Below are positions 25,371 through 34,315 of a DNA stretch of 64,000 nucleotides, piece after piece. The stretch is from IMG/VR virus record IMGVR_UViG_3300046518_000260, positions 11,276-75,275 of that record; one strand, written 5' to 3'. The stretch is from a virus. Its lineage: Duplodnaviria > Caudoviricetes. Below the pieces are notes generated by a model that saw nothing but the letters and a program-made list of their open reading frames with translations, was not told the origin of the DNA and ran no database searches. The position numbers were made by a program, and so were the translations under genes. Position 1 is the first letter of the stretch, and each line of letters starts with the position of its first letter.

Positions 25371-25703
25371 CTAAGCTTCTTCCTTCGTGCCGATGCGGAC
25401 GAAGGTGTTTATGGTTTCTGTTATCGTGCGCTTGTGCTTCTTGCAGTAATTACGCAATAGCACGGCGGCGTCAGGTTCCAACCGCAAATTGATCCGACCC
25501 GTGGTCATTTTGCCGCGCTTGATCCCCAACTCCCAAAGCTTGGAATAAATCGAGGCTGGCGTGCGACCGAGCGCCCGGCCAATTTCCTTGGCCGTATGGC
25601 CGCGCGCATCCATTGCACGGGCTTTGTCGATATCTTCCTGTATCCACAACCGGGCGCTCATCGGCGTCGGTCTTTTAACAATCTTCCTTGGCATAACATC
25701 CAT
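25371..25703 (-). CDS. GcrA-like HTH fused to RHH-like domain
   Basis: WIQEDIDKARAMDARGHTAKEIGRALGRTPASIYSKLWELGI follows the GcrA N-terminal pattern; RINLRLEPDAAVLLRNYC...ITETIN is RHH-like. Confidence 0.6.
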   Translation of the reverse strand: MDVMPRKIVKRPTPMSARLWIQEDIDKARAMDARGHTAKEIGRALGRTPASIYSKLWELGIKRGKMTTGRINLRLEPDAAVLLRNYCKKHKRTITETINTFVRIGTKEEA

Positions 25704-26005
25704 TATAGTAACCGCCTTGAAGCCGGGACATGGTTCACAGGTCCGTGGGCCTTCTCAATCATATGATGGAACACGCGCAAGACGCGATCTTTCGGCCATT
25801 CTTCATTGAGCAGATACCAAAGCTCGGCACCTTGCTGCATGTCAAAACCGATATATTCATAGATTGGACGCCACGTAGGCCATTTTTCAATGCCCATGTG
25901 CTGCATGATATGCCCGGCAATATCTGTTTCTAGTCTAAGGTTGTCGTACTCCGGGTCGTCTTCACAAAGACGGAGTACGGCGATCGCGTTTTCTTTGGGC
26001 GTCAT
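25703..26005 (-). CDS. Hypothetical protein
   Basis: AAGGAG RBS before ATG 26005. Confidence 0.6.
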   Translation of the reverse strand: MTPKENAIAVLRLCEDDPEYDNLRLETDIAGHIMQHMGIEKWPTWRPIYEYIGFDMQQGAELWYLLNEEWPKDRVLRVFHHMIEKAHGPVNHVPASRRLL

Positions 26006-26081
26006 TTGTGGCTCCTTGACCTTGACACTGTGGCACGTTTCGGCCATTAATGGCAAGGTATTTTATTAACTGACGAGCCTG

Positions 26082-26360
26082 CTAACCCAATGTTCCTGCG
26101 GGAAACATGAGCGGGTATCCAAAGTCGCTGTTGTCACTGAACAGGACCATACTCAGGTCAGTGTGCGGCCCGCTAAGGCCCGGCAACCTGCCGCCGTTGC
26201 TTGCCAGCAGCGCGTCAATAAACTGAACTTTGGAACCGACCGTGTAGATGCGGAACAATTCAGCGCTAATGAAGCATTTGCCTTCGGTATAGTATTTTCC
26301 GCTTTCACGGAAGTAGTATGCGGTCCACGGTTCGCCGACTTTTTGTAATGCGTCTGTCAT
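26082..26360 (-). CDS. Hypothetical protein
   Basis: YYFRESGKYYTEG motif; coupled. Confidence 0.6.
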   Translation of the reverse strand: MTDALQKVGEPWTAYYFRESGKYYTEGKCFISAELFRIYTVGSKVQFIDALLASNGGRLPGLSGPHTDLSMVLFSDNSDFGYPLMFPAGTLG

Positions 26361-26641
26361 TTTATGCCCAATACCCTTTGGAATTCGTCTTGTTTTTCGG
26401 AGGCTCCAAGATCATAAGCCGCCTCCAGGATGTGGAGAATGGACTGCAGATCGTAGTAGCCCTTCTCCGTGTTGGGGAACGTCGCCACGGTATACTCGCG
26501 GCGGCGCAATTCAAGCCTATCTGCTTTTGACTTCGGGGCGCGGTTCCATTCCTTCATGCACTGGACGGTTATCCCGGCGCATACTCTGAACACATCCCAA
26601 TCCGGAGAGTATCTATCTGGCAGAACGAATTCGTTCTTCAC
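26357..26641 (-). CDS. Hypothetical protein
   Basis: Coupled ORF. Confidence 0.6.
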   Translation of the reverse strand: MKNEFVLPDRYSPDWDVFRVCAGITVQCMKEWNRAPKSKADRLELRRREYTVATFPNTEKGYYDLQSILHILEAAYDLGASEKQDEFQRVLGIK

Positions 26642-27201
26642 TAGACTATGAACCTCGACTTCAACTCATACTTGATGCTGGTCTTATCGAACTTGATTGG
26701 GATCGCCTGTTGCAAGTTGATCTTCTTCATCATGGCGATAAGGTCGCAGCAAATGATGACGTCGGAAAGCTCGTCGGCCAAGTCCCCAACGGTTGCTCTA
26801 GAACCGGCAAGGCCCAGGATTTCCCGCTGCATCTTCTTGACGACGTTGCCGACTTCGCCAGCTTCGCCGATCATTTCAGCAAAGCGGAACATCATGTCGA
26901 TCTTGTGCGACGGGTCCCATTCCGCGTCGCGCAGAACATTGCTAGCGCGCAGGCGCTGCATAAAGTCAACCATATATGTATTCTCCTGTTTCGGTGGTAT
27001 GATTTCAAGTGCTCGCGGATGGCACGGTACGGCATGCTTTTCGCCATTGAACCGGACCTTGACGTAGTGGGTGTCGCTGCCGCGATGATGCTCCACCACA
27101 CCAATGTCACCAAAGCGCACGCCCGGTTCGCTCCATGTCACGAACATGCCAACATTGAACGTAATTTCATAATAGTCTTCAATGTACTGGTAGTCGCTCA
27201 C
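26641..27201 (-). CDS. MazG-like NTP pyrophosphohydrolase with SH3-like N-terminal domain
   Basis: GEAGEVGNVVKK...LADELSDVII (ExxE...ExxD). Confidence 0.8.
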   Translation of the reverse strand: MSDYQYIEDYYEITFNVGMFVTWSEPGVRFGDIGVVEHHRGSDTHYVKVRFNGEKHAVPCHPRALEIIPPKQENTYMVDFMQRLRASNVLRDAEWDPSHKIDMMFRFAEMIGEAGEVGNVVKKMQREILGLAGSRATVGDLADELSDVIICCDLIAMMKKINLQQAIPIKFDKTSIKYELKSRFIV

Positions 27202-27938
27202 AGCTTTATTCTCCGGCTTGGGGCGGCGGGCATTTCGTCACCCGGCTGGAAGTTCACGAGGCACGGTTCGATATAGACGATCTTGGTCTGCTCGTTCCCA
27301 GGACCGTAGTGCTGCCGTCGCGTATAACCGGCACGCAGATGCACGCGCATCTTGCCGCCGCTGACGTGCTTCGTCGCCTTGCCGTTACGGTCATAGACTG
27401 TTGCGATCCGTATGACCGTAACGGCAGGAATAAGGGAGCGGCCCTTGCGCTCGCGCTGCTTGTTCAGGGCGTCGCAGGTAATGTGCGTCTTTTCAATGCC
27501 CTTGGTGTTCAGGAACAAAAGCGCCATGGTCGCCGCTGCTATGATCGCGTGCCCGTGCTGCATCTGCTCCGGGCCATTGCAGACCATGCCGTCCTTTTCG
27601 ATATACAGGTCGGCTTGCGGACAAGCATAGACCGTGCGGTCGGTTGGTAGGTGCAGGAATATCGCGGTGCACTTTATGCACTCGCCCTTGTCGATCATCA
27701 GGATGAACCAGCGGAACTGTTCGGTCGCCGAGAATTCCATGACCATTGGGGAATATGGCAACTTCATGATGCCTGCCTCGACCAAGGCTTGCACAGACTT
27801 GAACGCATCCTCGCGCTGGATGATCTGAACAACGTCATTCTCGACCAGATATTTCGCGGAGTTTTGGTAGAGTTCTCTCACTTCATGATTGATGCCAGCC
27901 CAAGTGATCCGGTGTTGTGCCGTGTAAACCCGATCCAT
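27198..27938 (-). CDS. Conserved phage protein of unknown function
   Basis: C-terminal HLRAGYTRRQHYGPG...KIVYIEP motif. Confidence 0.7.
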   Translation of the reverse strand: MDRVYTAQHRITWAGINHEVRELYQNSAKYLVENDVVQIIQREDAFKSVQALVEAGIMKLPYSPMVMEFSATEQFRWFILMIDKGECIKCTAIFLHLPTDRTVYACPQADLYIEKDGMVCNGPEQMQHGHAIIAAATMALLFLNTKGIEKTHITCDALNKQRERKGRSLIPAVTVIRIATVYDRNGKATKHVSGGKMRVHLRAGYTRRQHYGPGNEQTKIVYIEPCLVNFQPGDEMPAAPSRRIKL

Positions 27939-28085
27939 TTACTTGCCTCGCACGAGTGAGACGACCATGGCAACGGCGAAGCATGCACCGTAGGCGGCAG
28001 CATAGGCAAATGATGTTCCCATAATCAGCACACCAAACCAGACGGCAAAACTTTGGAACGCGAAGTCCAGAAATTGCATCAGCAT
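27939..28085 (-). CDS. 48-aa hydrophobic membrane protein
   Basis: TAATG coupling; almost entirely hydrophobic; below the ORF-track cutoff. Confidence 0.5.
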   Translation of the reverse strand: MLMQFLDFAFQSFAVWFGVLIMGTSFAYAAAYGACFAVAMVVSLVRGK

Positions 28086-28375
28086 TAAAGCAGGCTCCCG
28101 ACGGGCGACTGACCGTTTAGGAAACGATCCCAGCCGCTGAATGTATTGACAATGCCGAGCTGTGCGGCAGTGATGACGAAATGCGGAGCCTCAATATCGC
28201 ACCGCTCGACCCCGTAAAGTTCAATGTGTGCGAAGAAACGGCGCATATAATTTTCTTCTAATGCACCAGCCTGTGTCAGTTCCCATTGGGGTTTTACTGA
28301 CAGAATGTTTTCCCACGCTGAAATATATGCGACCTGCATTTTTTGTACTTGCTGTTTGTTCTTGATTGTAGACAC
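28085..28375 (-). CDS. Hypothetical protein
   Basis: First gene of the leftward unit. Confidence 0.55.
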   Translation of the reverse strand: MSTIKNKQQVQKMQVAYISAWENILSVKPQWELTQAGALEENYMRRFFAHIELYGVERCDIEAPHFVITAAQLGIVNTFSGWDRFLNGQSPVGSLL

Positions 28376-28584
28376 GACTTGCTCTCCGCTCTATGTTGGC
28401 TAACTTGGCATGTGGCAAAATAAAAGGCAAGCTATTTTATACACAAGAAAACATAGCAATTACAACGGTCTACAAAAATAAAAGTTTTTGAGGTTGCATG
28501 GCAATTAAAACCTATTAAAAGTGGTAAACGAGCCAAAATGTGAACGGATAGCTCGTTTACAAGCGCTCTTGGAGCAATAATCAA

Positions 28585-29418
28585 ATGACAAAAGCGATTG
28601 CAAAAGCTGAGACCCCAAAGGTTCCGGCGACGGGGTTTGCTGCCGGGCGTTTCGACACTGGCAAAACGGGCCTCGAGAATGTTACGTCGAAGGATCTGTT
28701 GATCCCTCGCCTAACGATCCTCCAAGCACTGAGCCCACAGTGCGTTGAAGGTAAGCCTGAGTATCGTGAAGAGCTGCGGCCCGGCATGATCTACGACACG
28801 GGCCTGAGCGAGCACTTCAACAAGGAACTTGGCTTTGTTCCTGTCCACTTCGACAAGCAGTGGATTGAATGGGCTCCGCGCGAAACTGGCAAGGGCCTTA
28901 TCAACATTTACGACAATGATGATATTATGGCGCAGACCGAAGAAGACATCAACGGTCGTGATGCGCTGCCCAACGGCAACTACATCGTCGAGACAGCCCA
29001 AATCTACGGCCTCAATCTCAACGCCAAGTTGCGCCCGAGTTTCATCGCCCTCACAGGCATGCAGCTCAAGAAGGCCCGCCGCTGGCTGACGCTGGCAACC
29101 TCTGAAGAGATCGAACGGCCGGACGGAACTGTGTTCCAGGCACCGTTCTACTATCGGAGCTACAAGCTGACCACGACGCCCGAAAGCAATGCCAAGGGCA
29201 ATTGGGTCGGTTGGGTCATCGACCGCGCCCGGTCCATTCCCGAGTTTGCCGAGAAGGACGAAGCCGCTGCTGAACGTTTGTTCACCAAGGCTATTTCGTT
29301 CAAGGAAAGCATCGATGCCGGTCTTGCCAAGGCCGACACTTCGACGCTCGACGATGGTGCGGGTGCTTCTGCAGGCGGCAAGCGCGGCGGCAGCAAAGAC
29401 ACAGGGCAGGAAATGTAA
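28585..29418 (+). CDS. Putative single-stranded DNA-binding / recombination protein
   Basis: GLENVTSKDLLIPRLTILQALSP signature; acidic flexible tail; heads the replication operon. Confidence 0.55.
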   Translation: MTKAIAKAETPKVPATGFAAGRFDTGKTGLENVTSKDLLIPRLTILQALSPQCVEGKPEYREELRPGMIYDTGLSEHFNKELGFVPVHFDKQWIEWAPRETGKGLINIYDNDDIMAQTEEDINGRDALPNGNYIVETAQIYGLNLNAKLRPSFIALTGMQLKKARRWLTLATSEEIERPDGTVFQAPFYYRSYKLTTTPESNAKGNWVGWVIDRARSIPEFAEKDEAAAERLFTKAISFKESIDAGLAKADTSTLDDGAGASAGGKRGGSKDTGQEM

Positions 29419-30056
29419 TGGAGCTACTCGACAGAATAGCGCAACAAGTGGAGGCAGCTACGGCTGCCTCCGGCAACACCGAAAAGATCGTTAAGCTTGT
29501 CGAAGAAGCCAGCGATCTGCAGGACGAGATCGAAGGCATGATGGAGATGCTGAAGACCCGCATTGGGCGCTTCAATCGCATCAAGCAATACGAGCTTGTT
29601 GAAGCAATGAAACTCGCCAACACTGGCGAGTACAAGACCCTCGACAGAAAGATCAAGGTAAAACTTGATAATTATGTCAGCGGTTCGCTCCCCAAGGAGG
29701 AACACGACCGTGAATTTGCACTTGGGGAACTGATCAGGGTCGGCGGACAACGGTTGATCAAGACCGGTATTTCGGTCGACTTCCCGAAGTCGATGCACAA
29801 TGCCGCCAGTGTGGTGTTCGGCAAGCTTGCCGATCTGTGCAAGGAAATCGCGGTTGACGGCGAAGACGTCGAGCCTACCATGACCGAAGGCGTCCATGCC
29901 GCCAGCCTTCAGGCGTTTGCCAAGGAACTGATCAAGACTGGCAGCGACGTCAAGCTTGACGTGCTTGGGCTTTCTTCTGGACAGGTTGCCAAGTTCGAGT
30001 TTTACGACGAGAACGGCAAGAAGAAAAAGAAGTTGAGCCTTGAAGATGTTAAATAG
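29418..30056 (+). CDS. Conserved phage replication-region protein
   Basis: Coiled coil plus VHAASLQAF motif; follows the SSB-like gene. Confidence 0.6.
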   Translation: MELLDRIAQQVEAATAASGNTEKIVKLVEEASDLQDEIEGMMEMLKTRIGRFNRIKQYELVEAMKLANTGEYKTLDRKIKVKLDNYVSGSLPKEEHDREFALGELIRVGGQRLIKTGISVDFPKSMHNAASVVFGKLADLCKEIAVDGEDVEPTMTEGVHAASLQAFAKELIKTGSDVKLDVLGLSSGQVAKFEFYDENGKKKKKLSLEDVK

Positions 30057-30684
30057 CGAACACGTAGTAAAGCGGGACATGCAGAACTTGCTCGAAGTTA
30101 TCGCGCAAGCCAGCAATGTTCAGCGGTACTCGCGTGACTTTATGGTCCATCGGGAACACCTGCTTGACCATATCGGCTTCATGTGCGTGTTCTGCTACTT
30201 CGTGGCCGGGCGTCTCAGCGAACAGGGTTATACCGTTCGTTTGGGGCGCCTGCTCAGCCGGGCGGTTGCCCATGACCTTGAAGAAGTAATCACGGGCGAC
30301 GTACCGCGCCCAACGAAACATTCGTCGCCGGAAGTTACGGCGGCGCTGAAAGTCCATGAAGTTGTTGCCGTCAACAGATTGATTGCTATCCTTCGTGTGG
30401 ACTTTGCTCAGGATTGGGCAGAAGCCAAGGCGGACGACCTCGAAGGCGATATCATCAAGCTTGGTGACATGGCGGCGGTCGTCTATAAGACCATGAGTGA
30501 AGTTGCCATGTTGGGCAACAAGTCTTTCATCCGCGTCTCGGACGAGATCACGGTGGAGATGGACAAGCTTGTGTTGAAAATGAAAGACCATCCCCTTGAA
30601 TGGATCGTGTTAGAGCTTAGCGATCTATTGGCCCGCTCGCGGTCCGGGGACATCAGATTTGGAGCTTTCTTCAAAGGACTATAA
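30046..30684 (+). CDS. HD-domain nucleotide phosphohydrolase (YfbR/DatZ-like)
   Basis: VQRY...EH...AHDLEEVITGDVPRPTK...KLGD. Confidence 0.85.
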   Translation: MLNSEHVVKRDMQNLLEVIAQASNVQRYSRDFMVHREHLLDHIGFMCVFCYFVAGRLSEQGYTVRLGRLLSRAVAHDLEEVITGDVPRPTKHSSPEVTAALKVHEVVAVNRLIAILRVDFAQDWAEAKADDLEGDIIKLGDMAAVVYKTMSEVAMLGNKSFIRVSDEITVEMDKLVLKMKDHPLEWIVLELSDLLARSRSGDIRFGAFFKGL

Positions 30685-30688
30685 GGCA

Positions 30689-31828
30689 ATGATAACAGGA
30701 GCAGGCATCGACATTCATGTCGATCGTATGCCTAACGGCGTGAATGTCGCTAAAGCATGGGGCACGTCACGCCCCAACGACAAGACGAGCAAGCTTGTTG
30801 ATGTGTTGAAAGTCGACACACCCGTCAACGAAATTGAGGATTTCATCCTCACCGTCAAATGCCCGATCATCTTCCGCGAAATGTTGTTCAGCCTGAGAGA
30901 CCATGTCGCTTGGGCGCGCACCAGTCGCGTTGACGACCTTAACCGTTGGGAAGTGTACTATCAGTATGCTGACCATCCCGGCGTCAAGGAATGCTACAAA
31001 TCCATGATGTCGGCGCAAGTGCGCAACGAAGCCCAGGACAACTTCCGCGAATGGTTGCCGATGGTTTACCTGACTTCGTTCACCCTCAAGCTTTCGGCCC
31101 GGACCCTGATCAGGTTTACCCAAGGCATCAACGAACTGCGCAAGAGTATCAGCCTTGAGCGCAGCCCCAAGCTTTGGGATATGGTCAACGACTTCTACAA
31201 AGAACTGCGTTGGGCCATCAACCAAAGCATCTATCAGGACTTGCCGATCGAAACATACGGGGCGGAAAACATCTTCCCTATGTGCGACAATATTGATGTT
31301 GCCAACGTCTCAGTGATGCAGGAATTCGTCTACTGCTACGTTACCGACGTTCCTGTCAGTCTGCGGGCGCAGTTGGTGCGTCATCGGCCGGTCATGATCC
31401 GTGATACTATGCGGAACTTCCTGACTGAAGATGGCGTGACCATGCCTATCCGTTCGCCTGTTGATGTTGCCATGGTCATGTCACTTGAGACGGCGCAGAA
31501 CATGGTCAAGAAGCGCAACTGCTGGATCGCTCAGGAGGACTTGTGGTCCCCAATCGTCAAGCAGCTGAACAAGGCCCTCGGGCCGAGCGACGGTTTTATC
31601 CTGCCTTGCACCAACAAGACGGAATGCCCGGTCGCGCAGGACAATCAGTTGCGCTATGACGGCAAGGACCCGGCACCGCCTTGCCCTATATGGTGCGGCA
31701 TGGGTGCCAAGCCCGTGACGTTTAATCAACGTACCGATGTGTTGCGGTATATTGAAAAGCGCACCAATAGCACCAAGTTCTGGCAGGGTCAGGTCCAGTC
31801 ACAACTCGCAGAAGAAGAAGGAGCGTAG
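30689..31828 (+). CDS. Tandem ThyX-like (flavin-dependent thymidylate synthase fold) protein with degenerate motifs
   Basis: First half FREMLFSLRDHVAWARTSR, second half SLRAQLVRHRP; neither has a complete RHRx7SxR. Confidence 0.6.
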   Translation: MITGAGIDIHVDRMPNGVNVAKAWGTSRPNDKTSKLVDVLKVDTPVNEIEDFILTVKCPIIFREMLFSLRDHVAWARTSRVDDLNRWEVYYQYADHPGVKECYKSMMSAQVRNEAQDNFREWLPMVYLTSFTLKLSARTLIRFTQGINELRKSISLERSPKLWDMVNDFYKELRWAINQSIYQDLPIETYGAENIFPMCDNIDVANVSVMQEFVYCYVTDVPVSLRAQLVRHRPVMIRDTMRNFLTEDGVTMPIRSPVDVAMVMSLETAQNMVKKRNCWIAQEDLWSPIVKQLNKALGPSDGFILPCTNKTECPVAQDNQLRYDGKDPAPPCPIWCGMGAKPVTFNQRTDVLRYIEKRTNSTKFWQGQVQSQLAEEEGA

Positions 31829-31832
31829 GCCC

Positions 31833-32354
31833 ATGAGCCGATTTAAGTATGACGTGTATCTGGCAGGCCCGTTCTTCAACGACAAGCAGAAGGCCACCAT
31901 GCACGCAGCCAAGGAAATGCTGCAAAGCCATGGCCTGATCGTCTGCGACCCGCAGGACCTTAGCCCGGTGCTCGTCGACCTGCCGCCGGAAGAGCGGAAG
32001 AAGCATGTGAAGGATATCTTCACCAACAACATCGATGCAATGAACAGGAGCTTTGCCCTGCTCGCCTGCATCGATGACCGTGATACCGGCACTAGCTTTG
32101 AGCTTGGGTACTGCTTCGCCTCGTTCAAGGAGAAAGGTCCGATACTGACCTTCAGTTCGCAAGGTTTTGGGGCGAACGTCATGTTGTCTGAGGCGACAAA
32201 TGCGCATTTTGAAACGCTTGGCGATCTTGATGTCGGCCTACGCATTATCGGTAATTATCTGGTATGGTCTAGCGGTGCTCGTTCATCATATTTTTACAGC
32301 CAACTCTTCGCTGGTTATAAGACTATTGGCAGCAAGGCAGTTGCGGTAGAATGA
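31833..32354 (+). CDS. Nucleoside 2-deoxyribosyltransferase / dNMP N-glycosidase family
   Basis: VYLAGPFF...DIFTNNIDAM...DDRDTGTSFELGY. Confidence 0.85.
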   Translation: MSRFKYDVYLAGPFFNDKQKATMHAAKEMLQSHGLIVCDPQDLSPVLVDLPPEERKKHVKDIFTNNIDAMNRSFALLACIDDRDTGTSFELGYCFASFKEKGPILTFSSQGFGANVMLSEATNAHFETLGDLDVGLRIIGNYLVWSSGARSSYFYSQLFAGYKTIGSKAVAVE

Positions 32355-32803
32355 CAGTTGTCCTGCTAGTCGACCTTGAGGGTGTTCTGTTCAACAACGC
32401 CCAAAGGCTCCATCTGTTCAAAGCTGCACAGTGGGCCGAGTACGAAACTTCATTCCCGGACGACACAGTTTATCCGGTAATGAGCCAGTTCCTTTCTTCC
32501 GTGTATTGGTCAACCTTCGAGCTTGTCATTGTTACCGGTCGGTATCAGAAATACTATGACCAGACAGTGGAGCAAATGCGCAAGGTGAACATCCACCCGG
32601 AACATCTGTTGATGCGGGATAACTTCGACATCCCCAAGACGAAGGAGCCGGAACTCAAGCTGCAACTGCTTGACGAGATCAAACGCCTTTACCCGGAACC
32701 GGGCACGATGTTCATTGCACTTGAAGATCGTGACGATGTGGTCGAGGCATATCGCAACGCTGGCATTGAATGCTGGCAGGTCAGAAATGGAAGTATCGGA
32801 TGA
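32351..32803 (+). CDS. HAD-family phosphatase (T4 PNKP 3'-phosphatase-like), with DLEG instead of DxDG
   Basis: LVDLEGVL, IVTGR, LLMR, EDRDDVVEAYRNAGIECWQV. Confidence 0.8.
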   Translation: MTVVLLVDLEGVLFNNAQRLHLFKAAQWAEYETSFPDDTVYPVMSQFLSSVYWSTFELVIVTGRYQKYYDQTVEQMRKVNIHPEHLLMRDNFDIPKTKEPELKLQLLDEIKRLYPEPGTMFIALEDRDDVVEAYRNAGIECWQVRNGSIG

Positions 32804-33378
32804 AAGAATTACCAGAAGTGAAGCAAGTTCGGCCATACGTTGCGGCCGAACTTGAAAAGAAGGCCAAGATTTACGAGGAACGCAACAAGCTTTATGGCGA
32901 CAACTACAAGCGCCATGGACTTGTCATGCAGGCATTGTTCCCTTATGGCCTTGCCGTCACCAACGTCGAGAACCATAACCGGCTCGGAGTGTTCACGCAG
33001 ATGGTTGCCAAGCTGACCCGCTACGCTGAAAACTTCCAGCGCGGCGGTCATGACGACAGCCTTGACGACCTGACGGTATATACCATGATGCTCAAGGAAC
33101 TGGACATGGAGGCTGCCAGCATGGCGGAATACCATGGCTACGAGGAAGCTGCCCAAGCTGCGACCAATGAGCCGGAGGTCCAGGCGCGTGAAGCCGATAG
33201 CTTTCTCGGCCGATACCCGGACCCAACCGCCGCAGACGCATTCGTCTATGGACGGACAGTTGTACGACCCGGCGCTGGAGAAGATAGCGAACAGGTTGCG
33301 CCAGAACCTCCGGCTCTAGACCAGCTTGAGCATAACTCAGACGCGCCGCCTGCCGTCCTGGAAGTCCCGCAAAAATGA
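32800..33378 (+). CDS. DUF6378/DUF1599-like all-alpha NTP-pyrophosphatase-like protein
   Basis: ERNKLYGDNY...VAKLTRY...HDDSLDDLTVY; low-complexity acidic tail. Confidence 0.6.
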   Translation: MKELPEVKQVRPYVAAELEKKAKIYEERNKLYGDNYKRHGLVMQALFPYGLAVTNVENHNRLGVFTQMVAKLTRYAENFQRGGHDDSLDDLTVYTMMLKELDMEAASMAEYHGYEEAAQAATNEPEVQAREADSFLGRYPDPTAADAFVYGRTVVRPGAGEDSEQVAPEPPALDQLEHNSDAPPAVLEVPQK

Positions 33379-33911
33379 GGGACTTGGTATTCGATACCGA
33401 GACGACCGATCTTATTGATAACATCGGTCGTCCCCTTTCCAAGCAGCCATATGTGATTGAATTTTTCGGCATCACTGTGGAGCGGGAAGCTCGCGAAGTC
33501 ACCGAAGAAACTTTGTCTTTGTTGATCAAGCCGCCGTTCGTTATTACCGAAACCACGACCCAGATCACCGGCATCACTGCGCCGATGCTCGTCAATGCCC
33601 CAACCTTCTCGTTTGTGGCAAAGCAAATCAAAGATTACGTCGAAAGCCATGATCGTATCGTTGCCCATAATGCCGGGTACGATAAAGACATGCTTGAGAT
33701 TGAATTCAAACGGCTAGGTGTGGAGATAAACCTGCCGGAAGTGATTTGCACCATTGAAGGTACGGAACACCTGAAAGGCTACCGCCTCAACCTTGGGGCG
33801 TTGCACACTGAATTGTTCGGCGCAGACTTCGCTGACCACCATAGAGCCGAGCCGGATACGCGGGCAACTGCCCGCTGTTATGTTGAACTCTTGAACAGGG
33901 GAATTCTATGA
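33375..33911 (+). CDS. DEDDh 3'-5' exonuclease (Pol III epsilon-like)
   Basis: FDTETT, VAHNAGYD, HRAEPD. Confidence 0.9.
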   Translation: MRDLVFDTETTDLIDNIGRPLSKQPYVIEFFGITVEREAREVTEETLSLLIKPPFVITETTTQITGITAPMLVNAPTFSFVAKQIKDYVESHDRIVAHNAGYDKDMLEIEFKRLGVEINLPEVICTIEGTEHLKGYRLNLGALHTELFGADFADHHRAEPDTRATARCYVELLNRGIL

Positions 33912-34315
33912 AGAAGCCACGCACCGGACCCAATCAGCATATGCAGTCGCTGCAAGCGATTGTCAAGATGTTTGAGGAAGGCAAGGCTAAACAGTTCGCA
34001 ATCGTCTGTGATGCACATGTCATGGGCGAGCTAGTTGACCGTGGCGGCGCTGCCGTACAGGCGCTAGGCTACCCGGTTTTGTATAGCCGTCACATGGCCT
34101 CGATAAGCGGCGGCACCAACGATAATAAGAAAGGCTTGGGGCTTGAGATCAATTACCTCGCCCTGAACCACGATACTATCGACCGGTTGCGCGGTCGGCC
34201 TCTGTACGTTTTCAATATTGCCGAAATGGGTGTGCACACTTTGTCATTGGACAACCTGCGCCACCTCGACGACCTGATTGCCGAAATGAACTCCAGGATG
34301 GAACTACCCCAATGA
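33908..34315 (+). CDS. Hypothetical protein
   Basis: Coupled ORF between the exonuclease and polymerase. Confidence 0.6.
   Translation: MKKPRTGPNQHMQSLQAIVKMFEEGKAKQFAIVCDAHVMGELVDRGGAAVQALGYPVLYSRHMASISGGTNDNKKGLGLEINYLALNHDTIDRLRGRPLYVFNIAEMGVHTLSLDNLRHLDDLIAEMNSRMELPQ

Noticed and set aside
30046-30684. HD protein as DatZ, implying a 2-aminoadenine (Z) genome
   Set aside because: No PurZ (adenylosuccinate-synthetase-like) gene in the window, and the unseen remainder probably holds the large terminase and portal.
30689-31828. Assigning the gene symbol thyX
   Set aside because: The RHRx7SxR signature is incomplete in both halves, so canonical function cannot be assumed.
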